A DNA stretch of 64,000 bases from a virus (Duplodnaviria; Heunggongvirae; Uroviricota; Caudoviricetes). How positions within the stretch are numbered: position 1 is the first letter of the stretch; each line of letters opens with the position of its first letter. The notes beneath the pieces are model-generated. The model made no database searches, was not told the DNA's origin, and saw only the letters and a list, made by a program, of their open reading frames with translations. The stretch lies in the IMG/VR virus record IMGVR_UViG_3300035494_000066, one strand, 5' to 3'. A program made the translations under genes and the position numbers. Below are positions 20,863 to 31,694 of this stretch, in pieces.

Positions 20863-21734
20863 TACGCTGTAACGAGTTTAGCGAACAACAAGGCTTCTTA
20901 ACTGTTGTGCAGAATTCCGAAACGTGCGATTACTTACATATGGCTTATGTGCAAGCACTGAGCATCAAAGCAACCCAACGCACAACTAAATCGTATGCGG
21001 TACTGCTAGACAAGCCTACATACGATCAGCTGCGAGACGAGCATTTTGACGTGTTTGACTATGTGATTTTACTCGACGAAGATGCAGCTGAGCTCGACAA
21101 GTGGAAACTTGCTAACGAGTGGAAAGTGTGGCAATACACTCCGTTTAAGGAAACGATAAAGTTAGAATCGGATCTAATAGTACCAGCATCAATCGACCAC
21201 TGGTGGTCTATTTTACGACAGCATGATGTAGTAGTTACTACTAATGTTGTTGACTTTAGGGGCCAAGTCTCGGACAGCACCGCATACCGACGAACAGTGG
21301 TTGAAAATCACTTAGTGAACGCATACAATGGGGTATCATACTTCCGGTATAGTGCAGCAAGTAAATCGTTCTTCGAAACAGTTCGGTATGTGTTTGAAAA
21401 CTGGGAAGTAGTAAAAGCACAGCTAGCGTTATGTAACGATACACAACCTACAACTGATGTAGCATACAGTATTGCAGCGTTGTTTGCAGGTGAAGAATCA
21501 ACTACGCTCCCAACAAATACAGTGCCGTCGATGGTGCATATGAAACCGGCAATTAATAAATTCCCTGAGACGTACAAATGGCACGAGTGCTTACCGTATA
21601 CGATCGATAGTCGCGGCTTGATAGTGGGTGGCTATTTGCAAACACTACCGTTCCATTACTACGAAAAGCAGTTTGATCTGCAGAGAGTACACGACTACTA
21701 CAAAGAAGAGGTACTTCGTGCACGAGTTCAGTAA
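20859..21734 (+). CDS. Glycosyltransferase-like paralogue
   Basis: YTPFKETIKLESDLIV aligns with the upstream paralogue, with DxD degenerate to ESD; ATGA overlap. Confidence 0.55.
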   Translation: MIRCNEFSEQQGFLTVVQNSETCDYLHMAYVQALSIKATQRTTKSYAVLLDKPTYDQLRDEHFDVFDYVILLDEDAAELDKWKLANEWKVWQYTPFKETIKLESDLIVPASIDHWWSILRQHDVVVTTNVVDFRGQVSDSTAYRRTVVENHLVNAYNGVSYFRYSAASKSFFETVRYVFENWEVVKAQLALCNDTQPTTDVAYSIAALFAGEESTTLPTNTVPSMVHMKPAINKFPETYKWHECLPYTIDSRGLIVGGYLQTLPFHYYEKQFDLQRVHDYYKEEVLRARVQ

Positions 21735-21996
21735 AGCATTACAAGAGTTTATTCCGTCTACAGTAGAACAGCAAAGATACTTTATAGTATACGACCCAGA
21801 CACAAACAACCCGCTAGATTTTAGTTTAACTAAAACTGAACACTCGATCGAGATTAGTTACGACGAATACAACACTCTTAGGTTAGAGTATATTCGCGCA
21901 ATAGTTGACGGTAACATCGAAATGATAGACATTGATGCTGAGACTAGGTATATTCATCCGTTAGCAAACAAAGAGGTAAAATGGTATAATGAGTAA
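21718..21996 (+). CDS. Hypothetical protein
   Basis: In-frame GTG at 21718 after GAGG; fills the gap between coupled genes. Confidence 0.55.
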   Translation: MHEFSKALQEFIPSTVEQQRYFIVYDPDTNNPLDFSLTKTEHSIEISYDEYNTLRLEYIRAIVDGNIEMIDIDAETRYIHPLANKEVKWYNE

Positions 21997-22912
21997 CATT
22001 GAAATAGTTGATATTGCAGATTTAGACTGCGTATATTTGAGTTACGACGAGCCTTTAAAAGAAGAGTTCTGGGCTAAAATACAAAATATGGTACCATGGG
22101 CAGTTCGGGTTGATGGTGTTAAAGGTTCGGATGCAGCACATAAAGCCGCTGCTGATGCTAGTTCAACTGATCGCTTTATCTTAATCGACGGCGATAACAT
22201 GCCTGATCCGAGATTCTTCGACGAGCAGTTAGTATTAACCGATCTTAATAAAGATTGCGTGTTCCGGTGGCGAGCAGTAAATGACATCAATGGGCTAATG
22301 TATGGCAACGGCGGCATGAGTTGCTGGACGAAAGATTTTGTATATAACATGAAGACGCATGAAAACAGCAATGGGTCTGCAGAAACTGCTGTGGAGTTTT
22401 GCTTTGACCCTAAGTATATCGCAATGCATAATGTGTACAGTACAACACACCCCAACAGTAGTGCCTTTCATGCATGGCGCGCCGGATTCCGCGAAGGGGT
22501 TAAGATGTGCTTGGACCGCGGGAGCAAAATACCAATTGCTGATTTTAAAGAACGCGCAAACAAACAAAACCTAACAAACTTGCTAACTTGGCACAATGTA
22601 GGACGTGACGCGCAGTTCGGTGAGTATGCAATGTTCGGAGCCCGTTTAGGCACAAAATTAACAATGTTAACAGATTGGGACTACACCGAAGTTCAAGACT
22701 TTGACAAGCTTGCCGAACTTTGGGATAGTTTAGATATCCAAGATGTTTCTGCAGAAACAGTTGCCTTAGGTGACGAGTTGCGCACTAAGCTATCGCTGGA
22801 TATCGTTGAGTTAGATGCACGTCAGAGTTCGTTTGTTAAGCATTTAACTTATGCAACTCATCGCCAAAAAAATGTCATGCTCACCGAACAAGATTTTAAT
22901 AGTAGGAAGTAA
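21989..22912 (+). CDS. Glycosyltransferase-like protein (GT-A fold)
   Basis: DCVYLSYDE...AHKAAADASSTDRFILIDGDN (GT2-like, DGD motif); homologous to the C-terminal part of 34555-36522. Confidence 0.6.
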   Translation: MSNIEIVDIADLDCVYLSYDEPLKEEFWAKIQNMVPWAVRVDGVKGSDAAHKAAADASSTDRFILIDGDNMPDPRFFDEQLVLTDLNKDCVFRWRAVNDINGLMYGNGGMSCWTKDFVYNMKTHENSNGSAETAVEFCFDPKYIAMHNVYSTTHPNSSAFHAWRAGFREGVKMCLDRGSKIPIADFKERANKQNLTNLLTWHNVGRDAQFGEYAMFGARLGTKLTMLTDWDYTEVQDFDKLAELWDSLDIQDVSAETVALGDELRTKLSLDIVELDARQSSFVKHLTYATHRQKNVMLTEQDFNSRK

Positions 22913-24298
22913 ATGAGCGATTACTCAAATGCAGCAGATAATGCTAGGAAACAATTACAAACTGTCAGTGATACCTTTTGTCTTGCTAAATGGAAGCAAG
23001 TGAGCTTGCACTTACCGACTGGTTTTAACAACAGCTGTTACCACCCTCCGCTACATAAGATTCCTATCACCGAAATCGAAGCAGATCCTAGTGCATTGCA
23101 CAATACTTCGTTTAAAAAATTACGTCGAAAAGAAATGCTCGACGGTGTGCGTTGCGAAGAGTGCAAGTATTGCTGGGATATCGAAGACACTGGTAATATG
23201 TCAGATCGGCATTATCGATCTGGTGAGCCATGGGCAATGGAATCATTTGACCAAGTTGTGTCTGCAGACTGGGATGCTAATGTTAATCCTAGCTATGTAG
23301 AAGTGAATTTCAGTCACGGGTGCAACCTCGCGTGTAGCTACTGCAGTCCGCAATTCAGCACCACGTGGAAAAAAGAAATAGATCAGTACGGGGCATATCC
23401 TACTACAGTTCCGCACAATGCGCCCGAGTACTTTAACGGAGACAGACGTAACATACCAGTCCGCGAATATAATCCGTATGTTGATGCTTTTTGGAAATGG
23501 TGGCCCGAACTATATCCTGAGCTTAAACACTTTAGGATGACAGGCGGTGAGCCATTAATGGACAAAAACACGTATCGGGTGTTTGACTGGATTCTAGATA
23601 ACCCGAAGCCGGATTTACATTTGAATGTAACTAGTAACTTCAGCGTAGAACCTCAGCTCTTTGAGAAATACATCAGCTATGCTAAGCAGCTATGCAGCAT
23701 CGACGATATAAAACTAGAACACTTTATGCAGTTTGTTAGTATAGATTCGTGGGGATCTCAAGCCGAGTATATACGGGGCGGCTTAGACTTTGATCGACTA
23801 AAGAATAATGTGGAGCGCTTTCTTGACGAAGTCCCGTACCGCAGTAGCATCACGTTTATTGTTACTATGAATAACCTTAATGTGTTTGGATTGCCAAAAT
23901 TACTCGAGTGGATATACGAGTTGCGCGGCAAGTATAGTAAGACTTATCAGAGAATATGGATAGATTTCCCGCTGCTGAAGTTTCCGGCGTGGCAATCACT
24001 CGATTACATGCCAGACTCGGTTGCATGGTATTTGCAAAATACAATCGATACAGTAGTTAAACCTCGTCTCGAACAAGGAGATGAAGGGCATTTCCAGTTC
24101 TTTAAGGATTTCGAACTTGCTAAGCTACAACGAGATGTTGACTGGATGAAGTCTTCTGTGTTATCATTAAATGAAGTATCTCAGCGCAAACGTGATTTCT
24201 ATAAGTTCTTTAGCGAGTACGACAAACGCCGCGGCTATAACTTTGAAACAATGTTTCCTGAGCTGCAAACTTTTTGGGAGGATTGTAAGAAAAGTTGA
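22913..24298 (+). CDS. Radical SAM enzyme 1 with N-terminal SPASM/twitch-like domain
   Basis: CNLACSYC, TGGEPL; N-terminal FCLAKW...SCYH...CKYCW. Confidence 0.85.
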   Translation: MSDYSNAADNARKQLQTVSDTFCLAKWKQVSLHLPTGFNNSCYHPPLHKIPITEIEADPSALHNTSFKKLRRKEMLDGVRCEECKYCWDIEDTGNMSDRHYRSGEPWAMESFDQVVSADWDANVNPSYVEVNFSHGCNLACSYCSPQFSTTWKKEIDQYGAYPTTVPHNAPEYFNGDRRNIPVREYNPYVDAFWKWWPELYPELKHFRMTGGEPLMDKNTYRVFDWILDNPKPDLHLNVTSNFSVEPQLFEKYISYAKQLCSIDDIKLEHFMQFVSIDSWGSQAEYIRGGLDFDRLKNNVERFLDEVPYRSSITFIVTMNNLNVFGLPKLLEWIYELRGKYSKTYQRIWIDFPLLKFPAWQSLDYMPDSVAWYLQNTIDTVVKPRLEQGDEGHFQFFKDFELAKLQRDVDWMKSSVLSLNEVSQRKRDFYKFFSEYDKRRGYNFETMFPELQTFWEDCKKS

Positions 24299-25335
24299 AA
24301 AACATTCACAACTGGCCTTTGTGGCACTGGCATATAGAAGTAAGTAGTAAGTGCACACTTAAATGTCCATTATGTCCTCGTGTTGAATTAAAAGATAGTC
24401 TAGTCCAAACCGAGCTGTCGTTGGATTTTTTTACAGATAACTTTACCAACGAAGTGCTAGATAACGTACACCGTATTTCATTCTGCGGCGACGATGGCGA
24501 CCCGATATATGCTACTGATTTCCTAGATATCATAGCATACTTAAAGTTAGTTAAACCTGAGCTCTCGATACAAATTGTCACAAACGGTAGTTATAAAAAG
24601 CCAGACTGGTGGGCTAAGTTAGGACGCACACTCAATCATCATGATGAGATTCACTGGAGTATCGACGGGTACTCTCATGAATCGAACGAAATATATCGAG
24701 TAAATTCAAACTTTGAAAGTATATTAACAGGCATTAAGTCTTGCAATACCACTGCCCTTAAAACTTGGGCAGCTATCTATTTTAAGTTTAACGAATCTAA
24801 GATTGATCAAATTGTTAATATAGCAGCTAGCTCTGGCTTAGATCGAGTACAGTTAACTAAAAGTACTAAATTCGGGTATTTTTATCCGAATTTACAGAAC
24901 AGCTTAAACCAACAATTAGAACCAACTGATAAGAACTTAATTAGTACAACCGGTAGGTTTGAGCGAAACATAATTCATTTAACTCCGCGGTCAACATCGT
25001 TTAATGTAAATAACACACATGCAATATTAAAGTATCACGATGTTCTGAAATCTCGCTCTGGTGAGAATATAATCCCGTTATGTTTAATTGGTACTAAAGG
25101 TCTGTATATTAACAGTCAAGGGTATTTTGTGCCGTGCTGTTGGGTCGCAAATAGATACGAACCTAATTATCAAGATTTTTTAAAATCTGAATTTAACATT
25201 AAAGAACGTGGGATAGAAGCAGTTATAAACTCACCGCTTTGGGCAGAATTTTTTAATTCGATGTCAACAAATAAACAGTGTAACGAAAAATGTCACCGGC
25301 GGAATATTTCAGAGCGATACATAACTGATTGGTAA
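24295..25335 (+). CDS. Radical SAM enzyme 2 with C-terminal SPASM/twitch domain
   Basis: CTLKCPLC, GDDGDP, VTNGS, SIDG; C-terminal C...PCCW...CNEKC; TTG start. Confidence 0.85.
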   Translation: MKNIHNWPLWHWHIEVSSKCTLKCPLCPRVELKDSLVQTELSLDFFTDNFTNEVLDNVHRISFCGDDGDPIYATDFLDIIAYLKLVKPELSIQIVTNGSYKKPDWWAKLGRTLNHHDEIHWSIDGYSHESNEIYRVNSNFESILTGIKSCNTTALKTWAAIYFKFNESKIDQIVNIAASSGLDRVQLTKSTKFGYFYPNLQNSLNQQLEPTDKNLISTTGRFERNIIHLTPRSTSFNVNNTHAILKYHDVLKSRSGENIIPLCLIGTKGLYINSQGYFVPCCWVANRYEPNYQDFLKSEFNIKERGIEAVINSPLWAEFFNSMSTNKQCNEKCHRRNISERYITDW

Positions 25336-25339
25336 TTCA

Positions 25340-26671
25340 ATGAATAAAGATTTACACTATATACCAGATGATCAATTTTTAAACTATATTAAAGAAGAAA
25401 CAGGTAGCAATTCGTTTTGCTTAGCAAAATGGTATAACGCTACTATTTGGCTCGGGTCGGGCATGACAACCAGCTGTCACCACCCGCTTCCGCATTTTGT
25501 CCCGCCAGAGGACGCAATAAAAAACCCGAAAGCGATTCATAACACTGCACAGAAAAAGCAAGAACGTCTCATGATGCAGCGCGGCGAACGTCCGAGCGGC
25601 TGCGACTATTGCTGGAAGATCGAAGACATGCCGGGCGATAATGTCAGTGATCGTGTGTATAAAACAAAGATTTATAGCAAAGACGATTTGATTATTGCAA
25701 AAGATACTAATAGCCAACTCGATGTGGATCTCAGGACTCTAGAGATTGCGTTCGATCGGACATGCAACTTGGCTTGCAGCTATTGCAATCCGGCATTTAG
25801 TACATCTTGGGTCAAAGACATAAAAACAAACGGACCGTATACTAACTTAATCAGCGACGGTCGAAATCATTTTACGCACACACACGATTCTGCACAGAGG
25901 TATGCACGTGACGAAACTAACCCGTATGTAGAAGCGTTTTTTAAGTGGTGGGACAGTGACTTAAAAGATACTCTCAGCGAGTTGCGAATTACAGGAGGAG
26001 AACCACTTGCTAGTGACCATATATGGCGATTGTTAGACAACTGGGATAGCAATACACCGACACGACTAGCAATTAATAGCAACTTATGTGTTAAAGATAG
26101 TTTAATTAATAAATTGTTAGATGCTGCAAAAAACATTAGCAACCTCGAAGTGTATACTAGTTGCGAAGCACTAGCAGCTAGATCCGAGTATATCCGAGAC
26201 GGTTTTGTGTGGGAAGTCTGGTATTCAAATCTTATTAAGCTTCTCGAATCACCTGACGTTAAAGCTGTGCATATAATGTCAACTGTTAATGCACTGTGTA
26301 TTGTAGATTTACCTGATTTTATTGAATTTGTTTGTCTGCTTAAGCAAAAGTACAGTAAACTAAATTTCACACTTAATATTTTGCGATTCCCTAGTTTTCA
26401 GAGTGTAAACGTGCTGCCTGAAAAAATTCGACTTGAGTATGCTATTCGACTTGATGCTGTAGTTGAATCACTAGCAACAGCGCTTTCGGGCATGGAGAAG
26501 AACCAGATACAGAGGCTGTCTTCGTATTTGCGAAATGAATCTGGTTCCGGGCTTGAGTTAGGGAAAGAGCTACACGACTTTAAGAAGTTCTATGATCAAT
26601 ATGACATCCGGCGAAACAAAGATTTTAGTAAAACCTTTGTGCAGTTAGCAGAGTGGTATTCTACCTTATGA
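25340..26671 (+). CDS. Radical SAM enzyme 3 with N-terminal SPASM/twitch-like domain
   Basis: CNLACSYC, TGGEPL; FCLAKW...SCHH...CDYCW; close paralogue of enzyme 1. Confidence 0.85.
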   Translation: MNKDLHYIPDDQFLNYIKEETGSNSFCLAKWYNATIWLGSGMTTSCHHPLPHFVPPEDAIKNPKAIHNTAQKKQERLMMQRGERPSGCDYCWKIEDMPGDNVSDRVYKTKIYSKDDLIIAKDTNSQLDVDLRTLEIAFDRTCNLACSYCNPAFSTSWVKDIKTNGPYTNLISDGRNHFTHTHDSAQRYARDETNPYVEAFFKWWDSDLKDTLSELRITGGEPLASDHIWRLLDNWDSNTPTRLAINSNLCVKDSLINKLLDAAKNISNLEVYTSCEALAARSEYIRDGFVWEVWYSNLIKLLESPDVKAVHIMSTVNALCIVDLPDFIEFVCLLKQKYSKLNFTLNILRFPSFQSVNVLPEKIRLEYAIRLDAVVESLATALSGMEKNQIQRLSSYLRNESGSGLELGKELHDFKKFYDQYDIRRNKDFSKTFVQLAEWYSTL

Positions 26672-27981
26672 CTAAGAAAGCAGATCAGATGAAAAAATAC
26701 TATAGAACTTACGATTATAGTAGTAGGAAGCCGGTGTTTGTAGAGCCGGATGATTTAACCGAACAGCAACGCCATCGGTTAATCGAAAGTGATGTTTTTT
26801 GCATAATCCCATGGATTCATATCCACGGGTATCCTACAGGCGAAGCATACCCGTGTTGCTTATCTGATATGGACAAACCCATTGGAAATATGCGAGAGCA
26901 CACGCTAGAAGATATATGGAATGATGCTCCGCTCCGGAAAATGCGGACAAATATGCTAACTGAGAAACCATGCGGCGAGTGCACGAAGTGCTACGAACAA
27001 GAAGAAGCAGGGTTTTTTAGTATGCGCAACAGCAGTAACAAGCACTTTGGGCATCATATCGATATAGTCGACACTACCCACGACAACGGTAAGCTGCCGT
27101 CATTTGAACTAAAGTACTGGGACATTCGATTTAACAATTTGTGTAACTTCAGATGTCGAACGTGCGGCGATATCTTTAGTAGCAACTGGGGCAAAGAAAA
27201 GCAATCAATCGGTTGGCTAGATAAAAACATACCTATCATCCAATACGCAGGCCGGTCGAAATTAGACATCTGGGAGCAGATGGAAAAGCATCTTCCGTAT
27301 GTTGAGCAAATTTATTTTGCCGGTGGCGAACCGTTAATTATGGAAGAACATTATCGTGTGCTCAAATGGTTAGTTGCAAACGAACGATTTGATGTTAAGT
27401 TAATATACAATACAAACTTCAGTGAAACTAAGTATAAAGACTTAGACGTTTTTGAAATCTGGAAGCTGTTCGATAGTGTTAGTGTAGGTGCTAGCTTAGA
27501 CGCATCTGGAGATCGCGGCGAATACATGAGAAAAGGGCAAGACTGGACCCAGACTGAAAAAAACAGAGAGCGTATGCTGTCAGTTTGCCCTGATGTTGAT
27601 TTTTATGTAAGCCCGACACTCAGTATAATGAACAGTCTGCACTTGCCCGATTTCCACCGCGATTGGATTTCAAAAGGCTTTTTAAAGCCGAGCGACCTAA
27701 ATGTTAACATCTTGCAAAGCCCGGATTATTACAGAATTGACGTATTGCCTAAAACTGTTAAAGCAGAAGTTGAACAAAAGTACTTAGAGCATATAGAGTA
27801 TATAAAGCCGTTTGACAATCTAACCCGAGCAACTTCCGGTTTCTCTAGTGCTATAAACTTTATGACAAGTTCGGACAAGTCAGAATTATTACCGGCGTTT
27901 CATAAGAATATTGAAAAGTTAGACCAAATCCGGTCAGAGGACTTCCTGACAGTATTTCCAGAATTCAAAGGCAAGCTATGA
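26668..27981 (+). CDS. Radical SAM enzyme 4 with N-terminal SPASM/twitch-like domain
   Basis: CNFRCRTC, AGGEPL, YNTN; FCIIPW...PCC...IGN...CTKC; ATG 26668 overlaps the previous stop (ATGA). Confidence 0.85.
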   Translation: MTKKADQMKKYYRTYDYSSRKPVFVEPDDLTEQQRHRLIESDVFCIIPWIHIHGYPTGEAYPCCLSDMDKPIGNMREHTLEDIWNDAPLRKMRTNMLTEKPCGECTKCYEQEEAGFFSMRNSSNKHFGHHIDIVDTTHDNGKLPSFELKYWDIRFNNLCNFRCRTCGDIFSSNWGKEKQSIGWLDKNIPIIQYAGRSKLDIWEQMEKHLPYVEQIYFAGGEPLIMEEHYRVLKWLVANERFDVKLIYNTNFSETKYKDLDVFEIWKLFDSVSVGASLDASGDRGEYMRKGQDWTQTEKNRERMLSVCPDVDFYVSPTLSIMNSLHLPDFHRDWISKGFLKPSDLNVNILQSPDYYRIDVLPKTVKAEVEQKYLEHIEYIKPFDNLTRATSGFSSAINFMTSSDKSELLPAFHKNIEKLDQIRSEDFLTVFPEFKGKL

Positions 27982-29198
27982 AAGCCGACGACATATTAAA
28001 ATCAAATTTGTGCATTTTGCCATGGGTGTCTGTTGAAGCTACACCCGTTGGCTCATACAGGCCGTGTTGTTTAGCACTTGACGAAATTACCGACGAGCTC
28101 GGTAATGTCCTTAAGGTGTCTGAGTCTACTATATCAGATGCCGTTAATAGTGAATCGATGAACAGGCTGCGTCGTGAGTTTGCACAAAACAATCGTCCAG
28201 AAACATGTAATAGATGCTGGGCAGAAGAAGATGCGAACCGTACTAGTAAGCGCATCAATACGCTGAACAAGTTTAAGCATGAAATTGAGATGATTAATTT
28301 CGAAGCCGACGAAATACGTGATATATGGTTTTTGGATCTGAAGTTAGGTAATATCTGTAACTTAAAGTGCAGGATTTGTGGCAGCTGGTCGAGTAGCAAG
28401 TGGGCACAAGAAGAACTTAGCACAGTTGCATATAAAAATAAAAAGGATAACTTTTCGTATAAAATGCTTAAAGCAGGCAACTGGCCACGTGAATCTCAAA
28501 ATTTCTGGAATAATGTAATCGACGTGCTACCTGACGTTAAGTATATCGAGTTTACTGGAGGTGAACCGTTTCTAATTGAAGAGCATTTTAATATTCTAAG
28601 ATACGCTGCAGAGCACGGATATGCAAAAAACATAAGTGTTCATTATAACACAAATGCAACAGTGTATCCTGAAGACATTCTTAAAACTATATGGCCCGAG
28701 TTTAAAGAGATTGAAATTGCATTTAGTGTAGATAACGTCGAAAGTAGATTCGAATACGAGCGGTACGGAGCCACGTGGGCTAAATCGTGTGAGAATATCA
28801 GTAAGATCAATGAAGCAAAAAAAGTATATCCCAATATTAAAACACAATTGTGCTTTACGATAAACTTTTTTAATTGTGCAAACATTCCGGAATTACTAGA
28901 ATGGGCTGAAACTCAGTCATTTGATTATATCCACTGGAACATGTTACACGATCCGAGTATTTTCAACGTAAGTAAGCAGATTGATCCAGTTAAGGAGTAT
29001 TTTATTTCGGTACTAGCAAGCGCGAATATTGCAGAAAAATATCGTGCAGAAGTTGAGTCACTACAACAGTTTATTCGCAATGGTAAACCCATGCAAAGCA
29101 CACAAGAACTGTTAGAGAGGATCGATATGTCTGATAAGTATAGAAACCAGTCATTTAAAGACTTATACCCAGAGTTGTACAGTGCGTTAACTAAATGA
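27978..29198 (+). CDS. Radical SAM enzyme 5 with N-terminal SPASM/twitch-like domain
   Basis: CNLKCRIC, TGGEPF; CILPW...PCC...CNRCW. Confidence 0.85.
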   Translation: MKADDILKSNLCILPWVSVEATPVGSYRPCCLALDEITDELGNVLKVSESTISDAVNSESMNRLRREFAQNNRPETCNRCWAEEDANRTSKRINTLNKFKHEIEMINFEADEIRDIWFLDLKLGNICNLKCRICGSWSSSKWAQEELSTVAYKNKKDNFSYKMLKAGNWPRESQNFWNNVIDVLPDVKYIEFTGGEPFLIEEHFNILRYAAEHGYAKNISVHYNTNATVYPEDILKTIWPEFKEIEIAFSVDNVESRFEYERYGATWAKSCENISKINEAKKVYPNIKTQLCFTINFFNCANIPELLEWAETQSFDYIHWNMLHDPSIFNVSKQIDPVKEYFISVLASANIAEKYRAEVESLQQFIRNGKPMQSTQELLERIDMSDKYRNQSFKDLYPELYSALTK

Positions 29199-30541
29199 AA
29201 AAACCGATATCAAAACCTGAAGAAATGTGCTTAGCGCTGTGGGTGCATACTTACTTAAGTCCGCAAACTGAGCGTAGACTATGTTGTGCTAGCAGAGAAC
29301 CTGCGCAAAGTTTTAAGCAGTACATCGATACAGACGAAGGGTCTGGGACATATAGTCCTGCAAGCTTAGACGAATTTTGGAATAGCGAATACGTCCGAAA
29401 TATTCGTCTGGAAATGATGGCAGGAAAGCTGCCATCAGCATGCGAAGTGTGCGATAAAAAGCTTCTTAACACAGATGTATACCGAGACTATTTTTGGCAC
29501 TTGTTTAAACACAAGTACGACGAAGTGTGGGAGAGCACTGACGAAACTGGGTATACTTCGATGAAACCGGTTAGCTGGGATTACCGATTCTCTAATTTGT
29601 GCAATTTCAAGTGTCGTCAGTGCGGCGATATGCTAAGCTCAAGCTGGGAGGCTGAAAGCCGCAAGCATAACAGAATAAACTGGAAAAACCCGCAGAATTC
29701 GTGGTTAGAAAGCGATACTCGCGCAGCAATTAAGCAGTTCCAAGAAACCCAAGTTGAACAAGAGTTTTCTGCAGCAGTTGAAGAACATCGCGTTGAAGAA
29801 GTTTATTGGGTCGGTGGCGAACCTTTAATGTACGACCAGCACTGGCAGTACATGCAGCGTATAGTTGAATTAGGAGACGGCCCGCGAGTTTACGCCAGAT
29901 ATAATACAAACTTGAGCAAGATAGAATACCGCGGTGTTCATTTGTTTCGGGACATTCTGAGTAACATTCGCGACTGGCAAGTGTGTGCAAGCTTAGACGG
30001 TACAGGGAAGATCGGTGAATACATTAGGACTGGATTAAACTACAACGAGTGGCTTTTGAACTTTAAAGAAGGTATGCAGTACCAATCAGTACCGAATCAA
30101 ATGCGAATCGACTATACGATTACATTACCTGGTTTACTAGATGCGGTAAATATCTTTAACTTAAGCAAAGAATTAGATGTTCAGTTGTTAACAAAAGTTA
30201 CATTTACCTTTTCAGATGACGTTGCGATGAGTCCTTTACTCCTTCCGCGCGATGTATTATCTGCAGTAATTGACGACATTTTGCTACAGTGTAAAAACCC
30301 AACTTGGAAGCAACAGAGCTTAATTGACACGTTAGTATCTCTTAAAACGCGGCCGACCACTGAAGAGATGTTTCCGGATACGTTTAAACAGGGCCGCGAA
30401 CGCGCTAAGCTAAAAATACAACAACTCGAAACAATACGCGGCGACAAATTCACGTTTGCTGATATAATATCAGATAATCGATTAATTAAGGAGTGGTGGC
30501 ATGACATTGCCTCAAATAAAAGTTACATTGCGAAATGTTAA
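29195..30541 (+). CDS. Radical SAM enzyme 6 with N-terminal SPASM/twitch-like domain
   Basis: CNFKCRQC, VGGEPL; CLALW...LCC...CEVC. Confidence 0.85.
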   Translation: MKKPISKPEEMCLALWVHTYLSPQTERRLCCASREPAQSFKQYIDTDEGSGTYSPASLDEFWNSEYVRNIRLEMMAGKLPSACEVCDKKLLNTDVYRDYFWHLFKHKYDEVWESTDETGYTSMKPVSWDYRFSNLCNFKCRQCGDMLSSSWEAESRKHNRINWKNPQNSWLESDTRAAIKQFQETQVEQEFSAAVEEHRVEEVYWVGGEPLMYDQHWQYMQRIVELGDGPRVYARYNTNLSKIEYRGVHLFRDILSNIRDWQVCASLDGTGKIGEYIRTGLNYNEWLLNFKEGMQYQSVPNQMRIDYTITLPGLLDAVNIFNLSKELDVQLLTKVTFTFSDDVAMSPLLLPRDVLSAVIDDILLQCKNPTWKQQSLIDTLVSLKTRPTTEEMFPDTFKQGRERAKLKIQQLETIRGDKFTFADIISDNRLIKEWWHDIASNKSYIAKC

Positions 30542-31694
30542 AACATCGCAACTTCTAGATTATTATATTACTCCGGAAGATAACCAGCTAGCAGCAGATT
30601 GGATTAATGCCCTTAAAGGGCTATTACAATCTAAGAATCCGATTGAAAAGAATTACTGCTTTCTCGGCTTTCCTACTAGTACGCGCACAGTAGAATATTT
30701 GTGCAACGAACTCAACCATTATGTTCATGTGGTTAATATGTTTAACGAAACAAACACATGGCAAGATAATGGGCTAGAACCGTATATTATCGACGAGTAC
30801 TTTTGCGAAGACACTGTGCGGTTTAATGACACTTACCCAATTGGCCCAGGCGAATACAAGGACGGGATTAACTTAGGGCTGCGGATCAAGCATAGTACGT
30901 TGAATCGGTTACATTTGCACTTCGAGAGGTTGCAAGGAACAGTTTGGCGCATGAGCGAATACTATAAGCTAGCTGACGCTGAGACAAAGTTTGCAATCCG
31001 TCAACTTAACAATTTGTGTCATGAGCTCGAGGGCAAAATACTGTGCGATCGAAAATTTGCATACAATAAAGAATGGGTCAGACCTAGTCAGATTACTACA
31101 TTCTTACACGCGCCGCGCTACGAGCTAACAGACGAACACAGAGTAGGATTTATCGAAAACGGTTACGATCGCGAATTTGGAGCAGTGTACATGCACTGGA
31201 CTCAAATTGGTAAAACTCTTTTTGAAGTGTGGCGAGACGAAGGAGCCCCGGATTTAATCGTTGGCAACGATCCTACGGATATTTCAGCAAACGACGGAAC
31301 AACGTCAGAGGCAATTAATTCTCTGAAGTACTACAGTGGCGAGTTTGATGTCGAGTGGGCTAAGAGTGTTTGTTATAATGACCCAGACCAATTGTGGCAC
31401 AAAGAATACCTAGACGAGTATTACAGTTGGTTAACCAAACACGGCGTTGATATCAATGAACCTAAATTAGGGTTAGGTTACCTTAAGATCGGATCTGTTG
31501 ATCTTATTAAAAGTTTCGGAACTTCCGACATGTTTGAAATTTGGAATATGCTAGGCGATTACTTAGACATATACAAAATCAAAGTCGATGGTATATCAAG
31601 TGTATACGAATACAGTTGGGCTGACGCAGATCATGTACAAAATCAAATTGAGTTCTTAAGGCCGGGATATGACTATTCTAGTAACAAACGGTGA
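30501..31694 (+). CDS. Hypothetical protein
   Basis: 397-aa ORF overlapping both neighbours; LHLHFE and LCHELE His/Glu motifs may bind metal. Confidence 0.7.
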   Translation: MTLPQIKVTLRNVKTSQLLDYYITPEDNQLAADWINALKGLLQSKNPIEKNYCFLGFPTSTRTVEYLCNELNHYVHVVNMFNETNTWQDNGLEPYIIDEYFCEDTVRFNDTYPIGPGEYKDGINLGLRIKHSTLNRLHLHFERLQGTVWRMSEYYKLADAETKFAIRQLNNLCHELEGKILCDRKFAYNKEWVRPSQITTFLHAPRYELTDEHRVGFIENGYDREFGAVYMHWTQIGKTLFEVWRDEGAPDLIVGNDPTDISANDGTTSEAINSLKYYSGEFDVEWAKSVCYNDPDQLWHKEYLDEYYSWLTKHGVDINEPKLGLGYLKIGSVDLIKSFGTSDMFEIWNMLGDYLDIYKIKVDGISSVYEYSWADADHVQNQIEFLRPGYDYSSNKR

